Positions 27,866 to 38,127 of a DNA stretch of 64,000 bases are shown piece by piece (position 1 is the first letter of the stretch; the number at the start of each line of letters is the position of its first letter). Source of the DNA: Methanobacteriota archaeon (GTDB lineage Archaea; Undinarchaeota; Undinarchaeia; Undinarchaeales; Undinarchaeaceae); assembly GCA_002687935.1 (NCBI GenBank), contig NZBN01000002.1, forward strand, positions 38,484 to 102,483. The letters are read 5' to 3'. Made by a program: the position numbers and the translations under genes. A model generated the notes under the pieces. That model had not been told where the DNA came from. It did not search any database and was given only the letters and a program-made list of their open reading frames with translations.

Positions 27866-28876
27866 ATGCGAAAAGAAAAAACACTTTTTAGTGCTAAAGT
27901 TATAATTCCCTTAGTATTAATTATAGTACTTGCAGTCTTTATTTTCTGGAATTTCTACACACCGGAAATGCAAAGGAACGAGCTTGTACTTAAAATGACA
28001 GCAAATATTTCATATTCAAATACAATCCCAATATTAAGTGAAGGAGATTCTGCACTTCCTTCAAATCTTTCAGTTGTGACTTATAACATTCCCTCTGATT
28101 TTCCGACACAAGAAGTCCTTGCAATAGGAATAAGTGAAACCTATTCTTTGCAGACAGATAAATTTGGAAACGTTTATAAAAAACTGATATTTCAGGAGCC
28201 GATGATTGGTGACAATTCCTATAGTTTGTGGGCAGTGGTGGAAGTTTTACCAATAGAGTTTGAAATAAATCCTTCCTCTATTGGGGATATTGAAGGAGTT
28301 CTTCCGGAATATCGAGAAGCGAGTGCAATGATACAAAGTGATTCTCCCTCTATACTCCTGCTTGCAGAAGAAATAACAAAAGGCTCCGAAACAGAGTTTG
28401 ATGAAGCAATTGATATCACTCACTGGGTTTACAATAATATAAGCTATGATAGTGCATACATAAACATAACAAAGGATGCTTTGTGGACATATGAAAATCG
28501 AGTAGGTGTCTGTACTGAATATTCTCACTTAACTATAGCTCTTATGAGAGCAAGAGGAATTCCTGCCAGAATAGCTTACGGAGCGGCTCCATATGATTAT
28601 CCAGCTGGATGGCTTGCGCATACCTGGGTAGAAGCCTACTTCAATGGAACATGGTATCCGTTCGACCCAACTTGGGACTTAGCAGGACAACTAGATGCAA
28701 CGCATATAAAAATGGCCTCCTTACCAGATCAGTCCTATGTTTTCATAAATGTAAGTTTAAGTGGAATAGATATTGACCTTGGAAGTCTTGAGCAGTCAAA
28801 ACTTCAGGTTGAAATTATTAATTCAGAAGAAGAAAGCCCAAAACTTGACTGGGAAATATTAAGAAAATTAGCCTGA
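27866..28876 (+). CDS. Membrane-anchored transglutaminase-like protein
   Basis: GVCTEYS...GIPAR...HTWVEAY...FDPT Cys-His-Asp triad; N-terminal TM. Confidence 0.88.
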   Translation: MRKEKTLFSAKVIIPLVLIIVLAVFIFWNFYTPEMQRNELVLKMTANISYSNTIPILSEGDSALPSNLSVVTYNIPSDFPTQEVLAIGISETYSLQTDKFGNVYKKLIFQEPMIGDNSYSLWAVVEVLPIEFEINPSSIGDIEGVLPEYREASAMIQSDSPSILLLAEEITKGSETEFDEAIDITHWVYNNISYDSAYINITKDALWTYENRVGVCTEYSHLTIALMRARGIPARIAYGAAPYDYPAGWLAHTWVEAYFNGTWYPFDPTWDLAGQLDATHIKMASLPDQSYVFINVSLSGIDIDLGSLEQSKLQVEIINSEEESPKLDWEILRKLA

Positions 28877-30070
28877 TTATTTAGGTCTATATCTCAAAAA
28901 GGCTCCAATACCTGTACCCATACTGTAGAATTGAATGCCGAGCTGAGTTGAAGTTCCGATTATTTCCACTGAACTACCCATTGTATTTGCAAGCTCTGTC
29001 AGCTCATCAGCAATATCTATATTCTCCGCTTCAGGTTCCAGAGCCATTTCACATCGACTGCAACTTTTTATATCAACATATTCCTTTCCACATTGCTCGC
29101 ATACATATATTGATACTGGTTTGTCCAGTTTTTCAGAGATTAAGAGAGTTTCAACAGCACCTTGCTGCAGAAGGTCTTTTACATGGAGGTAGCCAATTGT
29201 TGCCAGACCTTTCTTTTTGGAAAGTTCTTCAAAATACTTTTCAAGTAATTTGTTCTCCTGAATTATTTCAGATTCTGCAATTATATCATCTGACTTGTGT
29301 AGCATTTCATCAATTCCGGACTTTCCTGTATAACCTGTGTCTACAATCCCGAGAATTTTTTTGACAAGTTCCGGACGAAGATGCCCTGCATCAAGGAAAT
29401 CATTCTTTGTAGGACCGGGACCGCCGAGTACAATTCCCTTAAGATTTTCTATATTTCCGAATTCTTTATTTGCCGCTTCAGATACTTTTTTGTAGAAATC
29501 CTGTGCCATCCCTTCAATTACGCGCTCAAACCTCTGTGCAGACTGACCCCCTGCTCTGAATTTTCCGGGAACAAGAGAATCGAGAGAAGCTAGTATTTCA
29601 ATCCTCTTACCTTTGAGGGTCCCTATATCTGCATCCCGTCTGTCTACGAGAATTATTCCATAAGTATCATGGTGCTCCAGTAGGTCAAGCAGAGGCTCTA
29701 AAACAAATGTTTTTGAGCACCTGTAGAGGTTGATACTAAGTTTTTCAGGCGGGATTATTGTTTCAATAAGATAGTCTGTCTGACCTTCACCTTCTGCCAC
29801 ATTCCCACAGAAAATTGCAAGACCATTTTCTGGGGTTTTTTTGAACAACCTTAATTCACCAATTATTTTCTCAAGAGAATTTGTGACGTGTTTTTTTGTT
29901 GCCTTGGATTTAATATTAGAGGCAGTTCCTATTTCGTCTGAAAGAAGACCGACAGTCTTGTTTAGGTCATAACCTGCAGAAATATAAACTGTAATGAACT
30001 CAGTATGCCGTCCCCTGAGTGCACCGAGATGCTTCAGCTTCTTTTTCATTTCAAATTCTTCATGTGCCAT
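28877..30070 (-). CDS. prf1: Peptide chain release factor aRF1
   Basis: NIKS and GGQS motifs; TAATG coupling to valS stop. Confidence 0.97.
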   Translation of the reverse strand: MAHEEFEMKKKLKHLGALRGRHTEFITVYISAGYDLNKTVGLLSDEIGTASNIKSKATKKHVTNSLEKIIGELRLFKKTPENGLAIFCGNVAEGEGQTDYLIETIIPPEKLSINLYRCSKTFVLEPLLDLLEHHDTYGIILVDRRDADIGTLKGKRIEILASLDSLVPGKFRAGGQSAQRFERVIEGMAQDFYKKVSEAANKEFGNIENLKGIVLGGPGPTKNDFLDAGHLRPELVKKILGIVDTGYTGKSGIDEMLHKSDDIIAESEIIQENKLLEKYFEELSKKKGLATIGYLHVKDLLQQGAVETLLISEKLDKPVSIYVCEQCGKEYVDIKSCSRCEMALEPEAENIDIADELTELANTMGSSVEIIGTSTQLGIQFYSMGTGIGAFLRYRPK

Positions 30071-32478
30071 TATTCTATCCACACCTCTATTTCTTCGCCG
30101 ACAATTATAGGTTCTCCCTTGCCTTTACCTGCTTCAACAGAATCTGCACGGGCTGCTCCCTTCAAATCCAAAAGAATGGGCTCCAAAAGCTTCTTGTCGC
30201 AATCAACTATAACCTTACCTATCTCTTTCCCTAAAGATAATCCTTTCCCTTGTTTATACTGTCTGACCGCAGAAACTATGGAAACTAATAAATCCCCGGA
30301 TGCTTCAGCTTCTTCATCTATCAAAGACTTGTCAAATTCAGGCCAGCTTTCAAGATGAATACTGTTCACATCACTTGTTTTGAAAAAAAGCTGATACAAT
30401 TCTTCTGTTATATAGGGCATGAAGGGCGCCATTATCTTTATGCACTGTATAGAAGCTTCATATAGAGCATGTTGAGCCCCACTACGTTCGTCCTTACCAT
30501 ATTTATCAGGATTATACAGTCGGTCCTTAGCAATTTCAAGGTAGTTATCACAAAATGTACCAAGATAGAATGCCTCAGCAGCGCTCTTTACCTTTGAATA
30601 CGAATATTTATCAAAGGATTCTGTAGATTCTTTTACAAGCCTTGCGAGCTTGGAAAGTAGCCATTTATCAAGAACTCTGGATGCTTTTCTCCTTCCCTTA
30701 TAATCTTCGAGATGCATATTGGCAAACTTCGTGGCATTCCACAGCTTATTTACAAATTTTACTCCGGTAACTAAATCCTTTTCTTGGAAAGGCATATCAT
30801 CCCCGAGTTTTGAACCAGCAGCCCAGAAACGAAGAGCATCTGAACTATATTTTTCTATCATATCCTGTGGTCGAACAACATTGCCGCGTGATTTACTCAT
30901 TTTTCTTCCACGTGGATCGAGAGCCCAACCAGATATTGTAACATCCTTCCAAGGGATACTGTTTTCATGGAAATGGCTTTTTACGACTGTATTGAAGAGC
31001 CAAAATGCAATGATGTCATGAGCCTGTGGCCTCAAATCCATAGGAAATAGCTTGTCTTTCAAATCCGGATGGAGCTCTATTGCAAGCTGAGGAGTCAGGG
31101 AAGAAGTTGCCCAGGTATCCAAAGTATCCTTTTCTGCTATGAAATCCTTACTTCCACATTTGCAGGATTTCTTTGGACTATCATTTAGTGGGTCTACAGG
31201 GAGGTCTTTTTCATCAGGGAGTAAAACTTCTTCACATTCAGAGCAGTACCAGACAGGAATGGGAACACCAAAATAGCGCTGTCGTGATATGCACCAGTCC
31301 CACTGAAGACCACCAACCCAATTATCATAGCGATTTTTCATAAATTCAGGGTTCCAATTAAGCTGAGTTCCTATCTCAAGAAACTTATCCTTCAAGTGCA
31401 GATATTTTATGAACCACTGTACAGAATTTATTATTTCAATAGAAGTGCCGCAGCGTTCGTGTGTATTTACAGCATGTTCTATCTCTTTTTGATTCTTGAG
31501 TAGATATTCTTTCTTCAAATCTGAAAGTATTTCTTTTCTTGCCTCATCTATACCCATTCCGGCATATTTCCCGGCGACTTCGGTCATTTTTCCATCCTTT
31601 CCAATCGATTCCACGAGCTCAAGATTGTGAGCAAGATACCACTCTATGTCAGTAAGGTCTCCGAAAGTGCAACACATTACAATTCCTGTTCCCTTTTCAG
31701 GGTCAACACGGCTATCTTCACGGATTTCAACTTCCTGACCAAAGAGAGGGACTTTTACCTTCCTTCCAATAAGCTTCTTTGATTTCTTGTCATCAGGATG
31801 AATAAAAATAGAAACGCAGGAAGGAAGAAGTTCAGGTCTTGTTGTAGATATTATTAAATCTGAACCATCATCTAATTTGAAAACAATATCATTGAAGGTG
31901 CTTTTAAGATTTTTATCCTCCATTTCAACCTGGGAAACCGCCATTGTACATTTTGGACACCAAGTTACTGGAGCTTCCTTTCTATATTCATGACCTGCTT
32001 TATACAAATCAATAAAAGATTTTTGAGAGATTCTTCTGGAATGTTCATCAATTGTTGAGTAAAATAGAGACCAGTCACAACTGACTCCGATATTTTTCCA
32101 GTCCCGGATATATTTTGGTCTTAAATCTTCCAGAACCTCCAAACATAGTTTGATAAATTTCTCCCTCCCGAGTTTTTCTGCTTTAACTCCTTTTATTTTC
32201 TCAACAAGCAGATTCGTTGCAATTCCATTATCATCAGTTCCAAAGGGATAAAATAAATTGTAGCCCCTCATCCTCTTATATCTGGCAATGAAATCCATCT
32301 GAGAGTAGGAAAATGCGTGACCGATATGCATTTCTCCTGAAACGGTAGGAGGGGGAGTATCTATCGAAAAAATTGGCTTTTTACTTTTAGGATCAAATTT
32401 GTAAATTCCCTCTGAGTCCCAGAACTCCTGCAGCCTTACCTCGGCTTCTTTTGGGTCGTATATTTTTTTCTCTGTCAT
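30070..32478 (-). CDS. valS: Valine--tRNA ligase (archaeal type)
   Basis: DTPPPTVSGEMHIGH, WCISRQR, KMSKS. Confidence 0.97.
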   Translation of the reverse strand: MTEKKIYDPKEAEVRLQEFWDSEGIYKFDPKSKKPIFSIDTPPPTVSGEMHIGHAFSYSQMDFIARYKRMRGYNLFYPFGTDDNGIATNLLVEKIKGVKAEKLGREKFIKLCLEVLEDLRPKYIRDWKNIGVSCDWSLFYSTIDEHSRRISQKSFIDLYKAGHEYRKEAPVTWCPKCTMAVSQVEMEDKNLKSTFNDIVFKLDDGSDLIISTTRPELLPSCVSIFIHPDDKKSKKLIGRKVKVPLFGQEVEIREDSRVDPEKGTGIVMCCTFGDLTDIEWYLAHNLELVESIGKDGKMTEVAGKYAGMGIDEARKEILSDLKKEYLLKNQKEIEHAVNTHERCGTSIEIINSVQWFIKYLHLKDKFLEIGTQLNWNPEFMKNRYDNWVGGLQWDWCISRQRYFGVPIPVWYCSECEEVLLPDEKDLPVDPLNDSPKKSCKCGSKDFIAEKDTLDTWATSSLTPQLAIELHPDLKDKLFPMDLRPQAHDIIAFWLFNTVVKSHFHENSIPWKDVTISGWALDPRGRKMSKSRGNVVRPQDMIEKYSSDALRFWAAGSKLGDDMPFQEKDLVTGVKFVNKLWNATKFANMHLEDYKGRRKASRVLDKWLLSKLARLVKESTESFDKYSYSKVKSAAEAFYLGTFCDNYLEIAKDRLYNPDKYGKDERSGAQHALYEASIQCIKIMAPFMPYITEELYQLFFKTSDVNSIHLESWPEFDKSLIDEEAEASGDLLVSIVSAVRQYKQGKGLSLGKEIGKVIVDCDKKLLEPILLDLKGAARADSVEAGKGKGEPIIVGEEIEVWIE

Positions 32479-32518
32479 CCTGAAACAAATAGAGAATATG
32501 ATATAAAAACTTAGCCGG

Positions 32519-33349
32519 TCAGAGTCCAGTTATTTTTATTGGTTTTGGACTGTCGAAAGTTTTTAGAGTGGACTGGTCATGGTCTTTCATCGATATAACC
32601 ATCCCATCTTCAGCCGCTATTGTCCTCACACCAGTAGTGTCATTTACTCTTTTAGCTTCACCAATAGGACCTACTTTTAGAATTCTGAGTCCGAAATAGC
32701 TCATTATAGCCAGTTTTGGCTTCACAGCCTCAACTAGTTTGATTATATCATCAGAACAAAGGTGATAAGGTATCCTCTCATGTCCGGGACGAGTTGCATT
32801 CATGATTAAAACATCTGTACCCTTGAACTGCTCAGAAAGTCCGTCGAAAAATGAAGTATCAGAAGTGTAAGAGATTGTTCCACATTTTGCCTTCATTTTA
32901 AATCCTATTGTAGTAGAGTCTTTATGTTCTGTTCCTGTAAAAAGAAAATCTACACCGTTCACGACGGCAATATCCTCTCTTGCCATATTAAGACATTCAA
33001 AAACCTGTTTTTTATGAAAATCAGAAACAATTGGTCCATTTTCCTCAACTTTCTCAAAAACTGAGCGAGAACCAATTACTGAGCCTCTTTTTTCTGTAAG
33101 ACCTCGGGACATTGCCTCTATTGCAACATTTGTTTCTGTAGAATGGTCCACATGAGCGTGACTTACAAATATTGCGTCGACTTTCTGTGGGTCCTGACCA
33201 TACTGTTTTGACCTTGCAAGATAACCAGGTCCAGGATCAACAGCAAGATTCATTTCCTCAAGATTTAGCCTGAATCCGCCAGTAGCACGCTTCTGAGTTA
33301 TGGTTGACCAGCGACCACCACCTGTTCCAAGAAAGGCAATCTCATTCAT
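32519..33349 (-). CDS. Metallo-beta-lactamase fold hydrolase
   Basis: FLGTGGGR, DPGPG, SHAHVDH, SDT. Confidence 0.85.
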   Translation of the reverse strand: MNEIAFLGTGGGRWSTITQKRATGGFRLNLEEMNLAVDPGPGYLARSKQYGQDPQKVDAIFVSHAHVDHSTETNVAIEAMSRGLTEKRGSVIGSRSVFEKVEENGPIVSDFHKKQVFECLNMAREDIAVVNGVDFLFTGTEHKDSTTIGFKMKAKCGTISYTSDTSFFDGLSEQFKGTDVLIMNATRPGHERIPYHLCSDDIIKLVEAVKPKLAIMSYFGLRILKVGPIGEAKRVNDTTGVRTIAAEDGMVISMKDHDQSTLKTFDSPKPIKITGL

Positions 33350-33450
33350 ACAAAAGCTTGTTGATGCGGCTTTATTAGACTTTGGATATATGACTTTGTT
33401 TATGAAGAACGGGTATTGTGGAGACCACGAACTTAATTTCGCAGAGTAAT

Positions 33451-34227
33451 TTAGAGCTTATCCAGAACAAGACTGTGTAGCTGGGCATTTGCACTTACAA
33501 GAAGATTTGAAGTATTTACCTGTAAATTCTCGAAATCGAAGTCTTTGTTTTCAAAGTCACTTACAGAACAGCCAGCCTGCCTGCAAATGTATATACAGGC
33601 AGAAACATCAATAAGCCGGGGAGTTCCTGCATGCATAAGAAAGTCAAAACTTCCATCAGCAACTTTACAAAATTCCAGTGCGAGTGAGCCATAAGTTCTG
33701 TAATTTTTTGTAGACATACAGATTTTTGAGACTTTGTCACGTTCTGCTTGAGAGGAGTCTGGAGCTCTATGAAGGAGGGAAGCCTTTAGTTCTGTAGAGC
33801 TGTTTCCTTTGATTTTATTACCATTTTTAAAGGCACCTTTTTCAGAAGCAAAAAAGGTATCACCACTGACTACATTGTAAACATATCCTGCAAGCGGTTT
33901 GAAGTCCAGGTCAAGAATTCCCAGTGATACAGAAAAGTAGCCGACACCTTTCTTAAAGTTGAAAGAACCGTCAAGCGGATCAATTACGGCATAGTACTCT
34001 GGCTCATCTATTTCAATACGACCCTGCTCTTCAGTAAATATGGAAAATTTACCTACTGAATTAAAGGATTCTATAATACTTTTTTCAGCTTCAATATCTG
34101 CAAGCATTGCCATATCTCCGCCTGCACCCAGCATTATCTCTTTCCTTCCTTCCTCAGTAAGGTAGTAGGACTTCAGTACTTCGCCCGCCTTTTCACCAAT
34201 TTCAGATAATGTTTTTTCCCAGTTCAT
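33451..34227 (-). CDS. suhB: Inositol monophosphatase / FBPase family
   Basis: TEE, IDPLDGSFNF, RTYGSLAL, IDVSA. Confidence 0.88.
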   Translation of the reverse strand: MNWEKTLSEIGEKAGEVLKSYYLTEEGRKEIMLGAGGDMAMLADIEAEKSIIESFNSVGKFSIFTEEQGRIEIDEPEYYAVIDPLDGSFNFKKGVGYFSVSLGILDLDFKPLAGYVYNVVSGDTFFASEKGAFKNGNKIKGNSSTELKASLLHRAPDSSQAERDKVSKICMSTKNYRTYGSLALEFCKVADGSFDFLMHAGTPRLIDVSACIYICRQAGCSVSDFENKDFDFENLQVNTSNLLVSANAQLHSLVLDKL

Positions 34228-35876
34228 TTTTTGTTAGTCTTTCTTGGGTTCTTTTTTTCTTCGTATTCAATATCATCCAGCAACTCTTTGATATGGTTTT
34301 CCTTCCAGCCATATGATTTTAAGTGTTCTGAGATGTATTGCTTGTCGTGGCCCTGTTTGATTGCAGTCTTGACATAATTTTTCATTTTATTATGAGTTTT
34401 TCGTTTCAAGGACTTTCCAATAAGTCTTAGGAGAGTTCTACGATATCGTCTGGCTTCCTCATCATTAAGGATAATATAAGTGATGTATGAACCAGCAAGT
34501 ATCAGTAGAGCAAGACCAAGTGTCCAAGCAATGCTAGGATATTCATCAGAAAGCAGGAACTCATCAAAGTCCATATCAGACTCATTGATAAATGGAATAT
34601 CCCCACTTATAGCAGGTGGTTTTTCTGTTTCAGATATGAAATCAGGTGCAAATATGAGGAGTGATCTAGAAGAAGGAGCATATGTAGCTCCCGCCGCATT
34701 CGTGCATTTCACAGTCCAAGATAAAGCACCAGGAGAAACCACAACATTGGAAAATTTATTTGACTGGTTTGTGAAAAATATAGTAGAAGTTTCTCTTGCA
34801 ACACCGTCAATTAATAAAGTACAGGCATTGAGTTCTCCGGCATAAGATAAATCATAAACAAAACTTACATTTGATGTAATAAGCTCACTTAGATGGGCCG
34901 GAGACTTTAGGCTTATCGAAAGGTGGGTAGTCAGAGGAACAAAATCTACTGTTAAATTCATCGCCCCTTTAGACCTTGCGCTGTACCCTCCTGAATTAAG
35001 ACATTTAACATACCATGTAAGATTTCCTCTTTTAAGGACTGAATTAATTGAATTATTGGAATTTGTCTGAATGTCTGTTGACTGATTATCGAAACTGTCA
35101 TTGATATGGAGAGAACAGCCAACGACAGGATATATGCTTGAAACATAATACTTAAATTCAATATCATTGTACGAGAGTACTGAATTATTTTCAGGCGACA
35201 GTGCAGTGACATTTATTTGACCTGGCTCTGCCTCTGAGATGTGACCCATGTGTCCAGACCACTCTGTATAATTGTTGCGGTCCGTGCAACTGACATTCCA
35301 AATCCAGTCACCTTCTGCAAGATAAAATTGGAAAGATAATTTAGAGTTGTTCTGAACACTTGTGGATTTTGAAGTGTATTCTCCCTCACCGACTTCTATT
35401 CTACATTCTCTTAGACCAGACTCTAAGTCATAGGGAACGAATGAAAATGTTGAAAGACCACTCATATTATCACTTGTCTGATTAAAATTTCCTATAACCG
35501 GTTTACTTACATCTTCCGCCACAGTAAGGGTTCTTGGGTCGCTGGAGTTTCCTCGGTTAGTATATGTGTCCATGCACTCAACTTTCCAAGTATAAGTACC
35601 GTTTGTAATATTGACATCACGAAAATAATTAGCTGTATTGTTGTTTATATTCTGATTTATTTTTGCCACAGAAGTATTGAGCCAAAGCTTGCACCACAAT
35701 ATTTCAGAAGCATCGATTGGTTTGAATGTGAAATTAACATACTCAAAATAAGAAGTATAACCCTGAGAGGGGGAAGATACACTTATTTCAGGACTATTGC
35801 TTTCAGCTGCATACGCAGAAGTCGTAAAGATGAGTAGAGCCAACAAGCACCAGAATATAAGTCCTCTTATTTTCAT
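34224..35876 (-). CDS. Cell-surface protein with four Ig-like repeats, TM anchor and cytoplasmic tail
   Basis: Signal peptide; repeated WKVECMD/WNVSCTD/WYVKCLN/WTVKCTN; many N-x-S/T sequons; TM near C-terminus. Confidence 0.8.
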   Translation of the reverse strand: MKIRGLIFWCLLALLIFTTSAYAAESNSPEISVSSPSQGYTSYFEYVNFTFKPIDASEILWCKLWLNTSVAKINQNINNNTANYFRDVNITNGTYTWKVECMDTYTNRGNSSDPRTLTVAEDVSKPVIGNFNQTSDNMSGLSTFSFVPYDLESGLRECRIEVGEGEYTSKSTSVQNNSKLSFQFYLAEGDWIWNVSCTDRNNYTEWSGHMGHISEAEPGQINVTALSPENNSVLSYNDIEFKYYVSSIYPVVGCSLHINDSFDNQSTDIQTNSNNSINSVLKRGNLTWYVKCLNSGGYSARSKGAMNLTVDFVPLTTHLSISLKSPAHLSELITSNVSFVYDLSYAGELNACTLLIDGVARETSTIFFTNQSNKFSNVVVSPGALSWTVKCTNAAGATYAPSSRSLLIFAPDFISETEKPPAISGDIPFINESDMDFDEFLLSDEYPSIAWTLGLALLILAGSYITYIILNDEEARRYRRTLLRLIGKSLKRKTHNKMKNYVKTAIKQGHDKQYISEHLKSYGWKENHIKELLDDIEYEEKKNPRKTNKK

Positions 35877-35951
35877 AATGCGTTTAAAGCGACCGTCGTT
35901 AAAAGCATTTCTGTCTAATCAAAACTTTTAAATGCAGACGAATACACAATA

Positions 35952-36701
35952 GTGGCTATGAAGGTAACGGCAAGAAGTAGTGCGTACTTAATATTACTAG
36001 GTTTCTTTTTATTGAGTGCGGGAATGCTTGCCTCTGAAACTGAGCTTAGCACGAAACTTACAGGAAAGGTAGTTGGAGCTCCTGACTGTATTTCTACTCT
36101 GAAAATGACAGCAGGTCATGCTGAAATTTCTATTGCTCCAGGAGACTCCACAGAAACAAGACTTACAATCGATGATGTCCAGTGCGGAGCATCATATATA
36201 CGACTTGAAGTGGAGGATTTGCCTTCTGAATATTATACTTTTGCGCCGTCTTATCTGAGGACTCTTACTCCAGGCGATGTAGGAAGATTCATAATTTATC
36301 TAGATATACCTCTTGATGCGGAATACAAGGCATACACTGCAACTTACAAGCTTTATACAAGTGAAGGTCGCTATACCGGACCTGAGTTTACACTCTCTAT
36401 AGAAGATATAGAAAAACCACAACTTAGCGCAAGAACTGAGTTCATTTCAGAAGGAAGTACACAGGAAGAAGAGGATGATACACAGTTCTGGTGGCTAATT
36501 ATGCTAGGCTCTGTAATATTTGTAGCCGCAATTCATGCATCAGAGTATTTCGAAAATAAACTTCACGAAAACGAACCAAAGAGAAAAAGCCGAACAAGTG
36601 GAAAAACCACACTTAGATCTCTTGTAAAAAAAGAGAGGGCAAAGGAAGAAAAAGACGTGAAAAGAGTAGAAAGAGCCCTAAAAAAGAGGAAGAAGAAATA
36701 A
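35952..36701 (+). CDS. Single-pass surface protein with Ig-like domain and basic tail
   Basis: N-terminal hydrophobic segment, beta-rich domain, TM (FWWLIMLGSVIFVAAI), Lys/Arg-rich C-terminus. Confidence 0.7.
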   Translation: MAMKVTARSSAYLILLGFFLLSAGMLASETELSTKLTGKVVGAPDCISTLKMTAGHAEISIAPGDSTETRLTIDDVQCGASYIRLEVEDLPSEYYTFAPSYLRTLTPGDVGRFIIYLDIPLDAEYKAYTATYKLYTSEGRYTGPEFTLSIEDIEKPQLSARTEFISEGSTQEEEDDTQFWWLIMLGSVIFVAAIHASEYFENKLHENEPKRKSRTSGKTTLRSLVKKERAKEEKDVKRVERALKKRKKK

Positions 36702-36745
36702 ACAAAAGCTTTTTAAACAAGTTGAATGAAAGATGGTAATCTATT

Positions 36746-37093
36746 ATGAAGGACAGCTTTGCTACAGCAGTTACAGAGGAACTGCAGAGGGCAGGAAGGG
36801 GAAAGGACGCAAAGTTCTTAGGAAACATATCTAGACTCATGTCTAAGCCTAGAAAAAACCTTGCGAGTGTAAACCTTGCAAAGCTTGACAGAATTACAAA
36901 GAAGGGAGAAGTCGTAGTAGTTCCAGGGAAACTATTGGGGACCGGCTTACTCGCTCATAAACTAGAAATATATTCATTTGGAGCATCCAAAGCGGCTGTG
37001 GAAGGTGTGGAAAAGGCAGGGGGAAGTATTTCCCCTATACTTGAGCTTGTAAAGAAGCATCCAAAGGGAACAGGAGTTCGTATAATAAAATGA
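36746..37093 (+). CDS. rpl18e: 50S ribosomal protein L18e (eL18)
   Basis: VNLAKL...VVVPGKLLGTG...KAGG; position before L13. Confidence 0.92.
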   Translation: MKDSFATAVTEELQRAGRGKDAKFLGNISRLMSKPRKNLASVNLAKLDRITKKGEVVVVPGKLLGTGLLAHKLEIYSFGASKAAVEGVEKAGGSISPILELVKKHPKGTGVRIIK

Positions 37094-37512
37094 CAATTAT
37101 AGATGGAAAGAATTTGAAGCTTGGACGTCTTGCAAGCAATGTTGCCAAGAGAGCTTTGGAAGGGGAAGAAATTATCATAATAAATTCAGAGAAATGTGTT
37201 GTAACTGGAAATAAAAAGAGTGTAATTAAAGACAAGAGAGAAATGAGGCAAATTGGTACAAGATATAAGGGACCTTTCCTCCCAAAGAGAGCAGATAGAA
37301 TAGTTAAGAGAGCAATACGAGGTATGCTACCTTACAAAAGAAAACGAGGGAGAGAGGCTATGGCAAGAATTAGAACTCACATTGGCATTCCTGAAGAATT
37401 TGTAGAGCAGGCAAAAAATGCTGAGACTGTGGAAGAGGCCGACCTTGGAGTTGTACTAAAGAAAAACTACATAACTATTGAAAGACTTTCAAGAGAGGAA
37501 GGCTACGAATGA
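37090..37512 (+). CDS. rpl13: 50S ribosomal protein L13
   Basis: IIDGKNLKLGRLAS, KGPFLPKRADRIVKRAIRGMLPYK. Confidence 0.96.
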   Translation: MTIIDGKNLKLGRLASNVAKRALEGEEIIIINSEKCVVTGNKKSVIKDKREMRQIGTRYKGPFLPKRADRIVKRAIRGMLPYKRKRGREAMARIRTHIGIPEEFVEQAKNAETVEEADLGVVLKKNYITIERLSREEGYE

Positions 37513-37928
37513 TGGCAAAAAAAACTGGAAAGGACACAATATCAACTGGAAAGAAAAAAACAGCAACCGCAAGAGCAAGTTTCAAGGAAGGAAAGGGAGA
37601 AGTAAGAATAAATTCACACCCACTTGAACAGTGGGGTTCAGATTATGAAAGAGGGATTATAATGGAACCTTTGCAGATAGCTCAAAGTTATATTTCAAAT
37701 TGTGACATAAGCGTAAATGTAATCGGAGGCGGGAGAATGGGCCAGGCAGTGGCCACACGAACAGCTATTGCAAGAGGAATTTACAAATGGTCAAAGAATA
37801 ATGAAAAGTTAAGACAGGCTTTTCTTGAATATGACAACAAATTACTTGCAGGAGATTCAAGACTAAAGGAGGCATGTAAACCGGGCCGTTCAAAAGCACG
37901 CGCACGGAGACAGAAGTCTTACAGGTAA
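37509..37928 (+). CDS. rps9: 30S ribosomal protein S9
   Basis: [28 protein letters not shown]. Confidence 0.97.
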   Translation: MMAKKTGKDTISTGKKKTATARASFKEGKGEVRINSHPLEQWGSDYERGIIMEPLQIAQSYISNCDISVNVIGGGRMGQAVATRTAIARGIYKWSKNNEKLRQAFLEYDNKLLAGDSRLKEACKPGRSKARARRQKSYR

Positions 37929-37932
37929 TACT

Positions 37933-38127
37933 ATGATTATACCAGTTCGATGTTTCACATGTGGAAAGGCAATTGCCGCTGAGTATGAGGAATACAAAAA
38001 ACGAGTGGAAGCTGGAGAGAAGCCACAGGAAGTAATGGATGCTCTTAAACTCAGCAGATACTGCTGCAGAAGAATGCTTGTTTCACAAGTTGACCTTATA
38101 GATGAAGTTGCTCAGTTCAAATACTGA
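37933..38127 (+). CDS. rpoN: RNA polymerase subunit N (Rpo10)
   Basis: [12 protein letters not shown]...RYCCRRML. Confidence 0.98.
   Translation: MIIPVRCFTCGKAIAAEYEEYKKRVEAGEKPQEVMDALKLSRYCCRRMLVSQVDLIDEVAQFKY

Noticed and set aside
35876-35951. Imperfect palindrome in the divergent promoter region
   Set aside because: The core CGAC-C-GTCG is too short for a hairpin and AT-rich flanks can pair by chance
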